A stretch of DNA of 64,000 bases, taken from the NCBI GenBank assembly GCA_041166405.1, contig JBEEFV010000008.1, positions 45,147 to 109,146 of the forward strand. Reading direction: 5' to 3'. Shown piece after piece: positions 1 to 10,448 of this stretch (the stretch's first letter is position 1; each line of letters begins with the position of its first letter). The notes beneath the pieces are model-generated. The model saw nothing but the letters and a program-made list of their open reading frames with translations. It did no database searches and had not been told where the DNA came from. The position numbers and the translations under genes were made by a program. This DNA comes from Actinomycetota bacterium (GTDB lineage Bacteria > Actinomycetota > Acidimicrobiia > Acidimicrobiales > JACCXE01).

Positions 1-2
1 AG

Positions 3-698
3 GAGGCGTTGGCCGCGCTCGCGAAAGAACGCGAATGGGCCGAAGGCGCCGGCGCCCTGAACAGCACGGGGCCCTCGGTGATCGCGTCCTTGCGTTCCCT
101 CATGCGCCAGCAAAAGTGGTCCGACGCCCTCGTCGAGATTGAGGCTGTGCTCGCGCTTCCGAATGTGCACTGGCGGCAAGCGTTCTTTTTGAGTCTGCAG
201 CGCGCCGCGTTGCTGCAACTCCTCAACCGGCCCGAAGAGGCCTTGGCTCTCGACGAGCAGCTGTACGTCGAAGCCCGCACCGAGGTCGACCGCCACCACG
301 CGTTGTGTGACCGCGGGATCGCGAAACTGGACGTCGGTGATCTCGACGGCGCCGAGCGCGACCTCCACGAGGCGATGCAATATCTCTTGGACGGCCGCAA
401 CCCGGTCGGTGGTTGGGGCGTCGCTCCGACGCCCCCGCTCGTCGGTTGGTTGCTCCTCGCGATGGCGGCCCTTCGGTTCGCGCGCGGCGATGACGACACC
501 GCGACACTCGCGCGCATCGTGGGCGTGGGCTACGGGCTGACCGGCATGTACAACTTCGACATCAGCTTCGAGATGGCGCGCGTCGCGCACGCCTTCGGAG
601 ACCACATTCCCGAGGGCGACGCGACAGCCGCCACCTTCGCAACCACGGCATCCCTCGCCGATGCGGTGGCATACGCGTTGGGCACCACCGATGGCTGA
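3..698 (+). CDS. hypothetical helical-repeat (TPR-like) protein; 5' end probably outside the window
   Basis: ORF 9..698 stays open in the same frame to the window edge. Codons are GC3-rich and the sequence is Leu/Ala-rich helical repeat. Its stop overlaps the next gene start (ATGGCTGA, 691-698). No family recognised. Confidence 0.4.
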   Translation, partial: EALAALAKEREWAEGAGALNSTGPSVIASLRSLMRQQKWSDALVEIEAVLALPNVHWRQAFFLSLQRAALLQLLNRPEEALALDEQLYVEARTEVDRHHALCDRGIAKLDVGDLDGAERDLHEAMQYLLDGRNPVGGWGVAPTPPLVGWLLLAMAALRFARGDDDTATLARIVGVGYGLTGMYNFDISFEMARVAHAFGDHIPEGDATAATFATTASLADAVAYALGTTDG

Positions 699-1743
699 CC
701 CGAAGGCGACGCGGGCGTTCGCGCTCAAGGTGTGGCTCATCCGCCAGGGCGAGTTGGTGTCGCAGATGATCTACCTCGGCGACCGGCTCGGGCTGTTCCG
801 CGCCATGGCCGGCCGCGGCGCGATGACGTCGCCCGAACTGGCGGCGGCGACGGAACTCAACGAGCGCTACGTGCGCGAGTGGCTCGCGAGCATGGCGGGC
901 GCGGGACTCGTCGAGCTGCACGCGCCCGACCGCTTCGAACTGTCAGCCGAGGCCGCCGTCGTCCTGACCGACGAGGACGACCCGCTGTGCGCCATTGGCG
1001 CCTTCGCCGGACCGGTCGGGCCGGACTACCTCGCCCGCGTCGAGGAAGCCTTCCGCACCGGCGTCGGGCCGAGCTACGACGAGATGGGGCCGTCGATCGC
1101 GCACCGCACCGACCGGATGCTCGGCCCGTGGATCCGGCACGCGCTCGTGCCGACGATCCTTCCCGCTCTCGACGGTGTCGTCGGCAAACTCGAAGCCGGC
1201 TGTCGCGTCGCCGACGTCGGGTGCGGCAGCGGCGTCGCGCTGGCGGCGATGGCCGCCGCGTTCCCGCGCTCCGAGTTCCACGGCTACGACCCGTCGACGG
1301 TCGCGCTCGAACGGGCGCGCGTCCGCCTCGCCGAACTACCGAACGCCGCGGTTGAACCCGACCGCGCCGAGAACCTCGCGGCGCACGGCACCTTCGATTT
1401 CGTCGTCGCCTTCGATTGCCTGCACGACATGACGCGTCCCGACCTGGCGATCGCCGCCGTGCGCGGCGCGCTGGCGCCCGACGGCACGTGGCTGATCAAG
1501 GACATCCGCAGCACCGGCGACCTCGCCGCCAACATGAAGAACCCGGTCATCGCGTTGCAGTACGCCACGTCGGTCGAGTTCTGCATGTCGTCCGCGTTGT
1601 CGGAGCCCGACGGGCTGGGCCTCGGCACCTGCGGGCTGCATCCCGACCTGCTCGAAGCGATGTGCCGCGACGCCGGCTTCACCCGCTTCGCGGTGCACGA
1701 CTTCGGCGAGCCCGCCAACCTCTATTACGAGGTGCGTCCGTAG
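691..1743 (+). CDS. class I SAM-dependent methyltransferase
   Basis: Lies inside ORF 661..1743; the ATG at 691 (MADPKAT) was chosen. Carries SAM-binding motif [16 protein letters not shown], then [13 protein letters not shown]. Confidence 0.8.
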   Translation: MADPKATRAFALKVWLIRQGELVSQMIYLGDRLGLFRAMAGRGAMTSPELAAATELNERYVREWLASMAGAGLVELHAPDRFELSAEAAVVLTDEDDPLCAIGAFAGPVGPDYLARVEEAFRTGVGPSYDEMGPSIAHRTDRMLGPWIRHALVPTILPALDGVVGKLEAGCRVADVGCGSGVALAAMAAAFPRSEFHGYDPSTVALERARVRLAELPNAAVEPDRAENLAAHGTFDFVVAFDCLHDMTRPDLAIAAVRGALAPDGTWLIKDIRSTGDLAANMKNPVIALQYATSVEFCMSSALSEPDGLGLGTCGLHPDLLEAMCRDAGFTRFAVHDFGEPANLYYEVRP

Positions 1744-3338
1744 AAGAACGCCGCGGCCGCGGTGCGCGTGGTCACGTCGATCTTCGTGAAGATGTTCGAC
1801 AGGTGCCGGGCGACGGTGCGTTCACTGAGGAACAGCAGCGCCGCGATCTCCTTGTTGGTCTTGCCGTCGGCCACGAGCCGCAGCACTTCGCTCTCGCGCT
1901 CGGTGAGGCCGCCGGGGAGCGGCGTGCCTGACGTGAGGTCGCGGACGTGGCGCGCGTCGAGGGCGGCACCAAGATGTTCGAAGATCGACGCCGCGGCTTC
2001 GAACGACTTCGTCGCGGCGTCGTCGTCGCCGCACTCACGGCACGATTGGCCGAGCAGCAAACGCACCGTCGCCACTTCGTAGGGAACGTCGAGCGCTTGC
2101 CACTCGCGCAACGCCTCGCGCAGCGTCGCGCACGCGCTTTCGCCGTCGCCCTGCGCCAGTTGCAGACGGCCGCGCGCCGTAAGCGCGGACGCCGCCAAAA
2201 GCCCGCTGTCGAAGTCCGCCGCGATCTGCGCCAGTTCGCTCGCCGCCGACGCCGCCGTGTCGAGGTCACCAGCGGCCACCGCGATCTGGACACGCGCAGG
2301 GAGCAACTTGCCGCGCTCGAGGCGGTTCCATGTCTGCTCGCTCAATAACCGCTGGATGATCGCGGTGGCCGCGTCGGTGCGGCGCTGCGCGAGGCGCAGC
2401 AACGCCAACCCCGCGCTGTGCGCGCCGGTCAGCGCTTCGACGCGCGCGAACGCTTCCTCGGCAGCCTCGAAGTCGCCGAGGCGACGCCGGATGTCGCCGA
2501 TCTCTGCAAAGCCAATGGCGGCGTTGCCCACGTGAAAGTCGCCGAGGTCTTCGCAGGCGCGCTTCGCTTCGCGTTCGGCCGCGTCCCACTGCCCGCGCAG
2601 CGTGAGCAGCGCCGCGTGATGCACGCGGCAAATGCCGGGCCACATCGCGAGCGGATGCTTCTCGGACCAACGCAGCGTGGCGTCGGTCCACTCGCCGGCG
2701 CGGCGCACGTCGCCGAGTTGCTCACACGCGCTGATGAGCGAGCAGTACACCTTGCCCGTGGCGTACGGCGTCAGGCGCCCTTCGACGGCGCCCAGCATCG
2801 CCTCGTCGAGGTGCCCCATCCCGTCGGCCACGAACCCCTGGTCGATGAGTGCCCGCCCGATCGTCTGCAACGCCTCGGCTTCGATCGACACCGACTTGAG
2901 TCGCCGCGCCAGCGCCAAGCCTTCGCGGCCGAGTTCCAACGCGGCGACGAGATCACCGGCGCCGTGCGCGGTCTCGGCCTCGCGCAGCACCAAGTTGCCG
3001 TATTCCGCGGTTTCGCCGTGGCCCGCGAGGTGGCGGCGGGCGCGTCGAAGCCATCCTCCGGCGATCGACGGGCGCGCCTTGAGCATGTTGTCCTGCCACA
3101 ACCACACGGCGCACTGGCCGGCGCGAAGTGCGTCACCGCACTCTTCGAACACGAGATAGGCGCGCTCCCGCGCGTCGATCGAGTCGTCCATGCGACCGAG
3201 CCACCACGACGCCGTCGCGACGATGTCGAGCCGCTCGCCCTCGTCGACACCGCCGACGGCGACCGCCTTCGCGGCATCGAGCGCGTCCGCCCACGCCCAC
3301 CGCTCGAGGTGAGCCCGGGCGGAGTCGAGCTCAGTCAC
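1725..3338 (-). CDS. LuxR-family transcriptional regulator with long TPR-like N-terminal region
   Basis: 537-aa ORF. The C-terminal HTH reads [43 protein letters not shown]. The helical-repeat N-terminus has no P-loop. Confidence 0.85.
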   Translation of the reverse strand: MTELDSARAHLERWAWADALDAAKAVAVGGVDEGERLDIVATASWWLGRMDDSIDARERAYLVFEECGDALRAGQCAVWLWQDNMLKARPSIAGGWLRRARRHLAGHGETAEYGNLVLREAETAHGAGDLVAALELGREGLALARRLKSVSIEAEALQTIGRALIDQGFVADGMGHLDEAMLGAVEGRLTPYATGKVYCSLISACEQLGDVRRAGEWTDATLRWSEKHPLAMWPGICRVHHAALLTLRGQWDAAEREAKRACEDLGDFHVGNAAIGFAEIGDIRRRLGDFEAAEEAFARVEALTGAHSAGLALLRLAQRRTDAATAIIQRLLSEQTWNRLERGKLLPARVQIAVAAGDLDTAASAASELAQIAADFDSGLLAASALTARGRLQLAQGDGESACATLREALREWQALDVPYEVATVRLLLGQSCRECGDDDAATKSFEAAASIFEHLGAALDARHVRDLTSGTPLPGGLTERESEVLRLVADGKTNKEIAALLFLSERTVARHLSNIFTKIDVTTRTAAAAFFYGRTS

Positions 3339-3354
3339 GCCGACGTTTCTAGCC

Positions 3355-3720
3355 TCAGGGAACCAGCTGCTTCGAAAGGTGTTCGAGGACGGGCATGATC
3401 TGGCTCGTCGGGCTGAACTCGATGAAGGTCACGCCGGTGTCGGTCCACCCGGTGTGGCCACCAGGCCAGACGAACGCGTCGCCAGCGTTGTTGGTCTCCT
3501 CGTGGCCGTCGGCGTAGCGCAGCGTGATGCTGCCGTCGACGACGTAACCCCAGTGCGGGCACTGGCACAGGTCGTTCTCGAGGCCCTTGAACAGCGGCGT
3601 GAAGTCGGTGCCGGCAGGCAGGTTGATGTGACGGGTGTACACCGCGTCGTGCTCGAAGGCGCGGGTCTTGATCTCCCCCACCTCCAGCTCGACGGGCATC
3701 TCGTTGAGTTGGTATCGCAT
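3355..3720 (-). CDS. cupin-domain protein
   Basis: Lies inside ORF 3355..3771; start taken at MRYQLNEM. Beta-rich small protein with the cupin-like segment [20 protein letters not shown]...[10 protein letters not shown]. Confidence 0.6.
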   Translation of the reverse strand: MRYQLNEMPVELEVGEIKTRAFEHDAVYTRHINLPAGTDFTPLFKGLENDLCQCPHWGYVVDGSITLRYADGHEETNNAGDAFVWPGGHTGWTDTGVTFIEFSPTSQIMPVLEHLSKQLVP

Positions 3721-3837
3721 GCCGGCATCGTGCGGGCACCGGCTGCGGGCGGCATCGGCCGATCGTGCCAACTCGTGTCGTGCGGGATGGCGTGAATTGC
3801 CGATGCCGGCGTTTCGCCCTCAGCGCACGCTGCACCC

Positions 3838-4475
3838 ATGACACCGGAACACATCAGTGACCTGATCGCCATCGGCAGAGATCGCGAGGCGGTCGCCGTA
3901 GCGCTCGGAGGGCCCATCGACGGAGTGCAGCAACTCGAACAGGTCGCTCCGATGCTCGGCGCCATCGTCGGCAACATCGGTGACTCCGACCTGGCACGCC
4001 CGACGCCGTGCGCCCAGTTCGCGGTGGCCGACATCCTCGAGCACATGATCGGAGGCGCCAGCGCGTTCGCGCCCGGCTTCCGCGGCGACGGCTCGGCGCC
4101 CAACCCGCCGACGGAGGCAGCGTTTTCGACCGCTGGAACGCCGCGATGGGTGCGCTCATGGAGTCCGTCCACACCGACGGCGCGCAGGACAACAAGATCA
4201 GCTCGCCGTTCGGTGAAGTGACCGGCGGCTTCTTTGCTCGTTACGTCGCCCTCGACGGCATCACGCACGCGTGGGATCTCGCGGTCGCCACCGGGCAGGC
4301 CTTCGATCCGCCGGCGGAACTCGTCGCCGAGATCGACGCGTTCGCCCGCGAGCTGCTCGGCCCCGACCTGCGCGACGGCGACACGTTCGCCGCCGCGACC
4401 GAACCGCCGGCCGACGCCACGCCGATCGAGCGCCTCGTCGCCTTCACCGGACGGACCGTCACGCCGAAGCGTTGA
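3838..4475 (+). pseudogene. DinB/TIGR03086-like (mycothiol maleylpyruvate isomerase N-terminal-like) protein, frameshifted
   Basis: The N-terminal half sits in ORF 3838..4221 (LARPTPCAQFAVADILEHMIGG). The C-terminal half sits in ORF 4008..4475 (ITHAWDLAVATGQAFDPP...RLVAFTGR) in a different frame. The switch lies between about 4090 and 4135. Confidence 0.6.
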
Positions 4476-5136
4476 GCGCGGCGATGGCCGCGTCGGCCGC
4501 GTTGTTGGTCGCCAGGCGGCCGTGCTGCATCAGCTTCATCATCGCCGGCACCTTGTAGGGCTTCGTCAGGAAGAACTTGGCGACGTTGCTCCAGTTGGGC
4601 GAGCCGTCCTGGTGCGCCAGCTTGAACACCTCGTCGGTGATGTCGCTGTCGGGGCGATCGCTGACGGTGCGGAACACCGACCACGGCACGCCGCGTTCCT
4701 CACAGCACTTGGCGATCGCCGCGGTTTCCATGTCGAGCGACACGACACCCTGCGCGAGCAGCGGCGGCAACTCGTGCGGGGGCGTGATCACGTTGGTCGT
4801 CCACATGATCCCCTTCGGCGTGTGGCCGTAGGAGTCGTGCGGCGTGAAGTCCTCTCCCGTCTCGCTGTTGCGAACTTTCTCCGGCACGACGAGCGAACCG
4901 ATTTCGGTGTCGTTGTCGACGCCACCGGTGATGCCGAACACGATGACGCGCTCGATGTTCGGGAAGTCGGCGAACAGCGCCTCAGTTGACTTGGTCGCGA
5001 GGTCCGTTCCCATGCCCGTGTAGAGCGCGACGACGCGCTCGCCCGCGGCGCGCTGTTTGCTCACGCGCTTGAGGCCGAGCTTCTTCACGAGCGGAGCCAG
5101 CTCCATCGGCATGGCACAGATCAGTGCAGTCGTCAT
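4459..5136 (-). CDS. nucleoside phosphorylase-family protein (MTA/SAH nucleosidase-like, PNP_UDP_1)
   Basis: 225-aa ORF with the family-like segments [17 protein letters not shown] and [19 protein letters not shown] overlap with the upstream amine oxidase fragment at 5133-5136. Confidence 0.7.
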   Translation of the reverse strand: MTTALICAMPMELAPLVKKLGLKRVSKQRAAGERVVALYTGMGTDLATKSTEALFADFPNIERVIVFGITGGVDNDTEIGSLVVPEKVRNSETGEDFTPHDSYGHTPKGIMWTTNVITPPHELPPLLAQGVVSLDMETAAIAKCCEERGVPWSVFRTVSDRPDSDITDEVFKLAHQDGSPNWSNVAKFFLTKPYKVPAMMKLMQHGRLATNNAADAAIAALNASA

Positions 5137-6989
5137 TCGTGCTCGCAGTGGTCAGGCGCCGGCAGGTCCAGCGCGGGGTTTTTCTCGAAGAAGCCGACGG
5201 GAATCAGTTGGAAGCCGCAGTACTCGACCGGCATCACCGGCCAGTCTTCCGGCCGCGGGATGTGCGTCACCCCGAAGCTGTGCCACACCACGATGTCGCG
5301 GTTGGTGAGCGACCGGTCGGCTGCGGTCCAGCGCGGCAAGCCGTCGCCGCCGGCGTGCTGGTTGGGTTAGTCGCCGGCGCCGCGCCGCTCGTCGGGCGCG
5401 TAGGGCGTGACCCACAAGTTTCTCGTGGCGAACGTGGCGCGGCGCGCGATCGACGAGTCGGGTTGCGCGAGCAGCGTCGGCGTCGACCCGGGCACGAGCT
5501 TGTAGCCGACCGGCGCGCCCGTCGCCGCGTTGATGACGTTCGGGTTGACGATCTTCCACACGCGGCTGCGCGCCGGGTCGACGTCGCGCTGCGCCGCCGA
5601 CTCGTTCGCCAGCAACGTCGCCGTCGGTGCGAACGCGTTTCCGAGCGGGTTGTCGAGCGACGTGGGTTGCTGCTCCACGTTGAGCTCGTAGACCTCGTTG
5701 GCGACGCCGTCGATGTCGAAGTCGAGACGCGCGCAGAACAAGTGCTGGTGGACGGGCGCCGCGAGACCGGGCGCGATGCGGGGCGCGTGCACCGACTCCT
5801 CGTCGGTGTCGAGGGCGCGCGTCGACATGATCCCGGTGAGCTTCACCTCGAGCTCCAGCGAACCGTCGAGATAGAAGTACCAGTAGAAGCCGTACTCGTA
5901 GTTGCCGACGGTCGCGATGAACGACACGACGAGGCGGCGCTGGCGGCGCACCTCGGTGCGGCCGCCCAGCAGGTCGACGTGCTTCCACGCGATGCCGTAG
6001 TCCTCTTCGTGGATGCAGATCGCGTTCTCGGTGACTTGCGGGTTCCCGTGCTCGTCGGCGTGCACGAAGTCGAGGTAGCGGATCTCGCCGAGGCAGTCGC
6101 AGCCGAGCTTGAGCGAGTTCGCCATGCGGCCGAGGCCCCACTCGCCGGCGTCGAAGGCGTTCTTCCAGTTGTGCATCGGCGACGGGTCGCCGTAAGGCAC
6201 GACCATTTCCGAAATCGACATGCGGTGCGCGATCGACCGCCCCGCGTACTTGAGCTGATGAATCACGAGGCCTTCGAGGGGATCCATCGACGCCCGCAGC
6301 GACCACTTCTGCCAGTCGATGCGCGACCCGTCGATGGTGAAGCCGGGCCCGTCGGGCTGCGTGATCTCGAGCGGCTTGACGTCGTCGCGCAGCGGGCCGT
6401 TGTGCTCGGGGTAGTAGCTGCCGGTGTCAGTCGGGATCGGATACACCCCGAAGTCCTGCACTTCGAGCACCTCGCGCGCGCCACCGTCGACGAACGCCAG
6501 CAGTCCTTCGATCGGCCGGGCGTAGCCATTGTCGCTCGGGTCGTCGCGTACGTAGGAGATGCAGCGAAAGACGCGCCGACCTTCCTCGATGGCGACGCCG
6601 AAGTTGCCGGTCGGCCACGGGTCGATCTGCACCTTGGCGAGGTCGGTGATGCCGCGCTTCGCCAGCGCCGCCTTGTATCCGTCGTGCTCGTGGAGCGTGG
6701 CGATGGCGTAGATGGCGTCCTCCATCCCGAGCGCCGGCCGCATGCCGGGATGCTCCGCCCATGACGCGATCTCGCCGGTGTCGAGACGCACGCTCGCGTC
6801 GATCACCGACGCACCCGGGCCCGGCACGATCACCAGCCGCGCCATCCGGACGCGATCCATCAGGTCCTTCGGCGGCTCGTCGAGGGCGACGATGCTGAAG
6901 CGCGCCGCATCGGTGAGGCGCGGCTTCACCGCGTTCGTGGCGAACGCGATCTCCTCCCGTGTCAGCGGTTCCAGCGGATGGACGGGCAC
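5133..6989 (-). pseudogene. copper-containing primary amine oxidase (topaquinone type) interrupted by one in-frame TAA
   Basis: ORFs 5367..6989 and 5133..5339 are in the same frame (6989-5339=1650). They are separated only by a TAA at 5367-5369. The TPQ consensus TVGNYEYGFYWYFY is present, as is the His-rich copper site region ([24 protein letters not shown]). Confidence 0.85.
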
Positions 6990-7030
6990 GCGCTCTTCTT
7001 AGCCCGCGAACGACGGGTACGACATCCTCC

Positions 7031-7531
7031 GTGGACCTGTCATCAGCCGAGTTCGTTGCCGGTCGCGTCGTCGCGACGTTCGCCCTCGAACGCCTCATCC
7101 GCGCCCGGACTGCCTTCGCACTGTGGACCGCCGTCGTAATCACGGCGATTCTCGTCGTCGGAGCCGTCGTGAGCGACGGCGTCGGTGCGGTCGTCATAGG
7201 GCTCGTTGCGCTCGTCGCGGCTGCCATCACCGCGACGCTGTGGTTCGTGCGCGCCGGTGTCCTCCGGGCGCTGCGCCGCGTCGGCGGCGGCCCCGACTAC
7301 GCCCGACTCCGTCCGATCGTCGAGCGACGGATGAGCGCGGTGAACAAGTCGCGCGAAGTGATCACGCTCAACCCGCAAGGAGCGCTGCGACTGGCGTGGA
7401 TGGCGCGCCGCCCCGCCGCGCTCCAAGACCATCTGCGCGACACCGCGCAAACCGTCGCCCACACGATCCCCGAGGTCGTCGCCGACGTCCGCGCCGAACT
7501 CGCCGCGGGCCCTCAGCGCTTCAACGTTTGA
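7031..7531 (+). CDS. hypothetical membrane protein
   Basis: Lies inside ORF 6959..7531. The GTG at 7031 was chosen to avoid overlap with the amine oxidase start. Two hydrophobic helices are present (ALWTAVVITAILVVGAVV, VVIGLVALVAAAITATLWFV). No family recognised. Confidence 0.4.
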   Translation: MDLSSAEFVAGRVVATFALERLIRARTAFALWTAVVITAILVVGAVVSDGVGAVVIGLVALVAAAITATLWFVRAGVLRALRRVGGGPDYARLRPIVERRMSAVNKSREVITLNPQGALRLAWMARRPAALQDHLRDTAQTVAHTIPEVVADVRAELAAGPQRFNV

Positions 7532-7532
7532 C

Positions 7533-8309
7533 CTAGCTCGCCGGCTCGGTGCGGCGTTCGTAGCTGAGAATCCCCCGCCGCATGACTCGTCCGACGAGCG
7601 GGAGGCCGTACATCGCGCCGACGGCGCCGTAGCGGCGCGGCACGGTCATGTGGGCGATGCCTTTGTCGATCATCGTCGCGATCGCACGCGCCACCAGCTC
7701 GGGCGGATACTTGCGGCCGCGGTAATCGGTATCCCATATCGGCGTGTCGATCGGTCCCGGACTCAGCACGCCGACGTGGACACCGGCTCCGTGCAGGTCG
7801 ATGGCGAGCCCGTGGGACCAACGGCTCAACGCCGCCTTACTGGCGCCGTACGCAGACTCACGCGGATTGGGCAGATAGCCGGCGACGGACGTGACATTCA
7901 CGACGGAGCCGCGGCGACGCTCCACCATCCCCGGGAGCGCGGCCATCGTGGTGCGGACAGCCGACAAGAAGTTCACTTGCATGAGCTGCTCGACCTCGGC
8001 CGCGGTTGTGTCGAGGCCGCTGCGGTGCAAGCTGACACCGGCGTTGTTCACCACGATGTCGACGCGCCCGAAAGCGGCGATGGCGTGAGACACGACGCGC
8101 TCGGCTTCGCCGGGCACTGCGAGATCGGCGGCGACGGCCAACGACGACGACGCGAACGCCCGGCAAGCCTCCGCCGTTCGTTCGAGTTCGTCGACACGTC
8201 GCGCCGTCACCACGACGGTCGCGCCGCGCCGAGACAGCTCGAGAGCCGTCGCGGCGCCGATGCCCGAGGACGCGCCGGTGACGACGGCGATGGCTCCTTC
8301 GATTTTCAT
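7533..8309 (-). CDS. short-chain dehydrogenase/reductase (SDR)
   Basis: Real start is MKIEGAIAVVTGASSGIGAA, inside ORF 7533..8594. Motifs NNAG and YGASKAA are present. Confidence 0.85.
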   Translation of the reverse strand: MKIEGAIAVVTGASSGIGAATALELSRRGATVVVTARRVDELERTAEACRAFASSSLAVAADLAVPGEAERVVSHAIAAFGRVDIVVNNAGVSLHRSGLDTTAAEVEQLMQVNFLSAVRTTMAALPGMVERRRGSVVNVTSVAGYLPNPRESAYGASKAALSRWSHGLAIDLHGAGVHVGVLSPGPIDTPIWDTDYRGRKYPPELVARAIATMIDKGIAHMTVPRRYGAVGAMYGLPLVGRVMRRGILSYERRTEPAS

Positions 8310-8319
8310 CTGCGGCGAC

Positions 8320-9570
8320 TCACCGCGACGGGTCGATGGCGACCTTGATGGCGCCGGTGCGTTCCTGGTCGGCGATGGTGAAGAAGGCGTCCTGCCACTG
8401 CGACAGCCCGAAGGTGTGGGTGAGCAGCCCGGTGAGGTCGATGCGGCCGTTGGTCGCCATGTCGACGTAGTGCTCGATGCCGTGCTTGCGCACGCCTTCC
8501 ACTTCTTCGATGCCGAACGCGTTCGAGCCGACCCAGCTGATCTCCTTGAAGTAGAGCGGACTCCACTCCCAGCGCCCGGCAGCGTGGACGCCACTCTTCA
8601 CGAGCGTGCCGCGCGCTTTGAGCACGCGCACTTCGACCTCGAAGGTTTGTGGCTTGCCGATCGTGTCGTAGGCGACGTCGATGAAGCCGGGGTGACACAT
8701 CGGGATACCGGGGAGGCCTTCCATCGGCGGGACGAGCACGCCGCCTGACCAGCGCGCCAGTTCTTCAACCAGCTCGGTTTGCGACTGGCCGTCGAGCTTG
8801 ACGACGTGGTGCGCGCCGAACTTCCGCACGAGGTCGGCCTGCGCGTCGAAACGAGCCACGACGGCGACTTCGACCGACGGGTACAGCGCGCGCAGGATGG
8901 CGACCGCGCACGAACCGAGCGAGCCCGCGCCCCACACGAGCGCTTTGCCGCCTTCGGGCGGTGGGTGCCGCGTGATCGAGTGCAACGACACGGAAAACGG
9001 GTCGGCGAAGATCGCGTGCTCGTCGTCGACGTCGTCGGGAACCGCGAACAGCATCGAGCTGTGCGCCGGCATCAGCTCGGCGTAGCCACCGGTCGCATCC
9101 GACGACACGCCGGTGTGAATGCCGTTGCTGATCTCGCCGCGGCTGAAGCTCCAGCACAGCGAGTAGTCGCCGGCTTCGCAGCTCGGGCACACGGGCGAGA
9201 TGCCGCGCGGCGCGCACGACAGCCAGGGGTTGAGGATCACGCGCTGGCCGGGCTCGAAGCCGCGGGCGTCGGGGCCGCCGCGCACGACTACGCCGACGAC
9301 CTCGTGACCCATCACTTGCGGGAACGAACACAGCCCGCTCATGGCGTTGTCGCTCTCGTCCTCGCCGAAGTCCATGAGGATCTGCTTGCTGTCGCTGCCG
9401 CAGATGCCCGTGAGCAACGGCCGCACGACGTACCAGTCGGGGCGCAGCGGTTCGGCGTCGGGGATGTCCTTGAGGGCGCACGGCGTGGTCGCCAACGCCT
9501 GCACGAGCGGACCCGCGCCTGGCGGGGGCGTGTAGGGCTGCGTGCGCGTTCCGAACACGAGCGCCTTCAT
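8320..9570 (-). CDS. zinc-dependent alcohol dehydrogenase family (MDR) oxidoreductase
   Basis: Start is MKALVFG, inside ORF 8320..9804. Motifs are GICGSDSK, GHEVVGVV, and GAGSLG in the Rossmann region. ATGA overlap with the upstream SDR at 9567-9570. Confidence 0.8.
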   Translation of the reverse strand: MKALVFGTRTQPYTPPPGAGPLVQALATTPCALKDIPDAEPLRPDWYVVRPLLTGICGSDSKQILMDFGEDESDNAMSGLCSFPQVMGHEVVGVVVRGGPDARGFEPGQRVILNPWLSCAPRGISPVCPSCEAGDYSLCWSFSRGEISNGIHTGVSSDATGGYAELMPAHSSMLFAVPDDVDDEHAIFADPFSVSLHSITRHPPPEGGKALVWGAGSLGSCAVAILRALYPSVEVAVVARFDAQADLVRKFGAHHVVKLDGQSQTELVEELARWSGGVLVPPMEGLPGIPMCHPGFIDVAYDTIGKPQTFEVEVRVLKARGTLVKSGVHAAGRWEWSPLYFKEISWVGSNAFGIEEVEGVRKHGIEHYVDMATNGRIDLTGLLTHTFGLSQWQDAFFTIADQERTGAIKVAIDPSR

Positions 9571-10448
9571 CGACCGAAGCCCATCGTCGGAATGCCCTTG
9601 CGATCGTCGCCGAACAATTCGTCGGCGCGCGCCGCCAATTCGTCGACGGACCACGAGTGGTCCTGTTCGATTTCGCCGACCATGTCCCACCCCTTCATCC
9701 GGTGCACGCGGCCCCCGAACACGACGAACACCTGGCCGCTGATCGGGGCCGACTTGTCCGACGCCAGCCACGCCACGACGGGGCCGACGTTGTCGGGGTT
9801 CCATTCGTCGAACTCGCCTTCTTTGGCGGCCGCGAAGTCACCGAGCAACTCCTCGGTCATACGCGTCCGCGCCCGCGGCGCGATGGCGTTGACGCGCACG
9901 TTGCTGCGCTTCATCTCGCGCGCCAGGCCGATCGTCATGCCGGCGATGCCCGCCTTCGCGGCGACGTAGTTCGCCTGACCCGTCCCGCCGTAGAGGCCGG
10001 CCTCGCTCACGGTGTTCACGATGGCGCCGCCCGACTCGTTGCCCTCCTTGAAGCGGTCACGCCAGTACTCGCACGCGAAGCGCGCCGGCGCGAAGTGGCC
10101 CTTGAGATGGACGCGCACGACGTCGTCGAAGTTCTCCTCGGTCATCTTGAAGCTGATCTGGTCGCGGATGAACCCGGCGTTGTTCACGAGCACGTCGAGA
10201 CCGCCGAGTTCGTCGACGGCTTGGCGGATCATCGTCTCGGCACCGGCCCACGACGCCACGTCGCTGCCGTTCGTAACGGCTGTGCCGCCGCGCGCCGCGA
10301 TCTCGTCGACAACTTCTTTCGCCAGCGACTCCTCGAAGTCGTTGACGACGACCTTCGCGCCCTCCGCGGCCAGCGCCAGCGCTTCGCCGCGCCCGATGCC
10401 GCGTCCCGCGCCGGTGACGATGGCGACCTTGCCCTGCAATGCGTTCAC
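9567..10448 (-). CDS. short-chain dehydrogenase/reductase (SDR)
   Basis: GTG start. Motifs are VAIVTGAGRGIGRG, NNAG and YVAAKAGIAG. GTGA overlap with the upstream P450 stop at 10445-10448. Confidence 0.85.
   Translation of the reverse strand: MNALQGKVAIVTGAGRGIGRGEALALAAEGAKVVVNDFEESLAKEVVDEIAARGGTAVTNGSDVASWAGAETMIRQAVDELGGLDVLVNNAGFIRDQISFKMTEENFDDVVRVHLKGHFAPARFACEYWRDRFKEGNESGGAIVNTVSEAGLYGGTGQANYVAAKAGIAGMTIGLAREMKRSNVRVNAIAPRARTRMTEELLGDFAAAKEGEFDEWNPDNVGPVVAWLASDKSAPISGQVFVVFGGRVHRMKGWDMVGEIEQDHSWSVDELAARADELFGDDRKGIPTMGFGR

Noticed and set aside
5367-5369. Programmed recoding (selenocysteine, pyrrolysine or readthrough) at the in-frame stop of the amine oxidase.
   Set aside because: The codon is TAA, not TGA or TAG. 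No downstream stem-loop is evident. The aligned position in homologues is an ordinary aromatic residue. A point mutation or base-call error is more parsimonious.
5124-6764. Long antisense or out-of-frame ORFs. Examples are 5124..6764 (+), 17905..19527 (+), 41106..42722 (+), 28865..30790 (+), 12093..13688 (+), 61389..63014 (-), 22529..23923 (+) and 56369..57748 (-).
   Set aside because: These are typical shadow ORFs of a very GC-rich genome. They are Arg/Ala/Pro/Gly-rich, have no motifs, and each fully overlaps a gene with clear family signatures on the other strand or frame.
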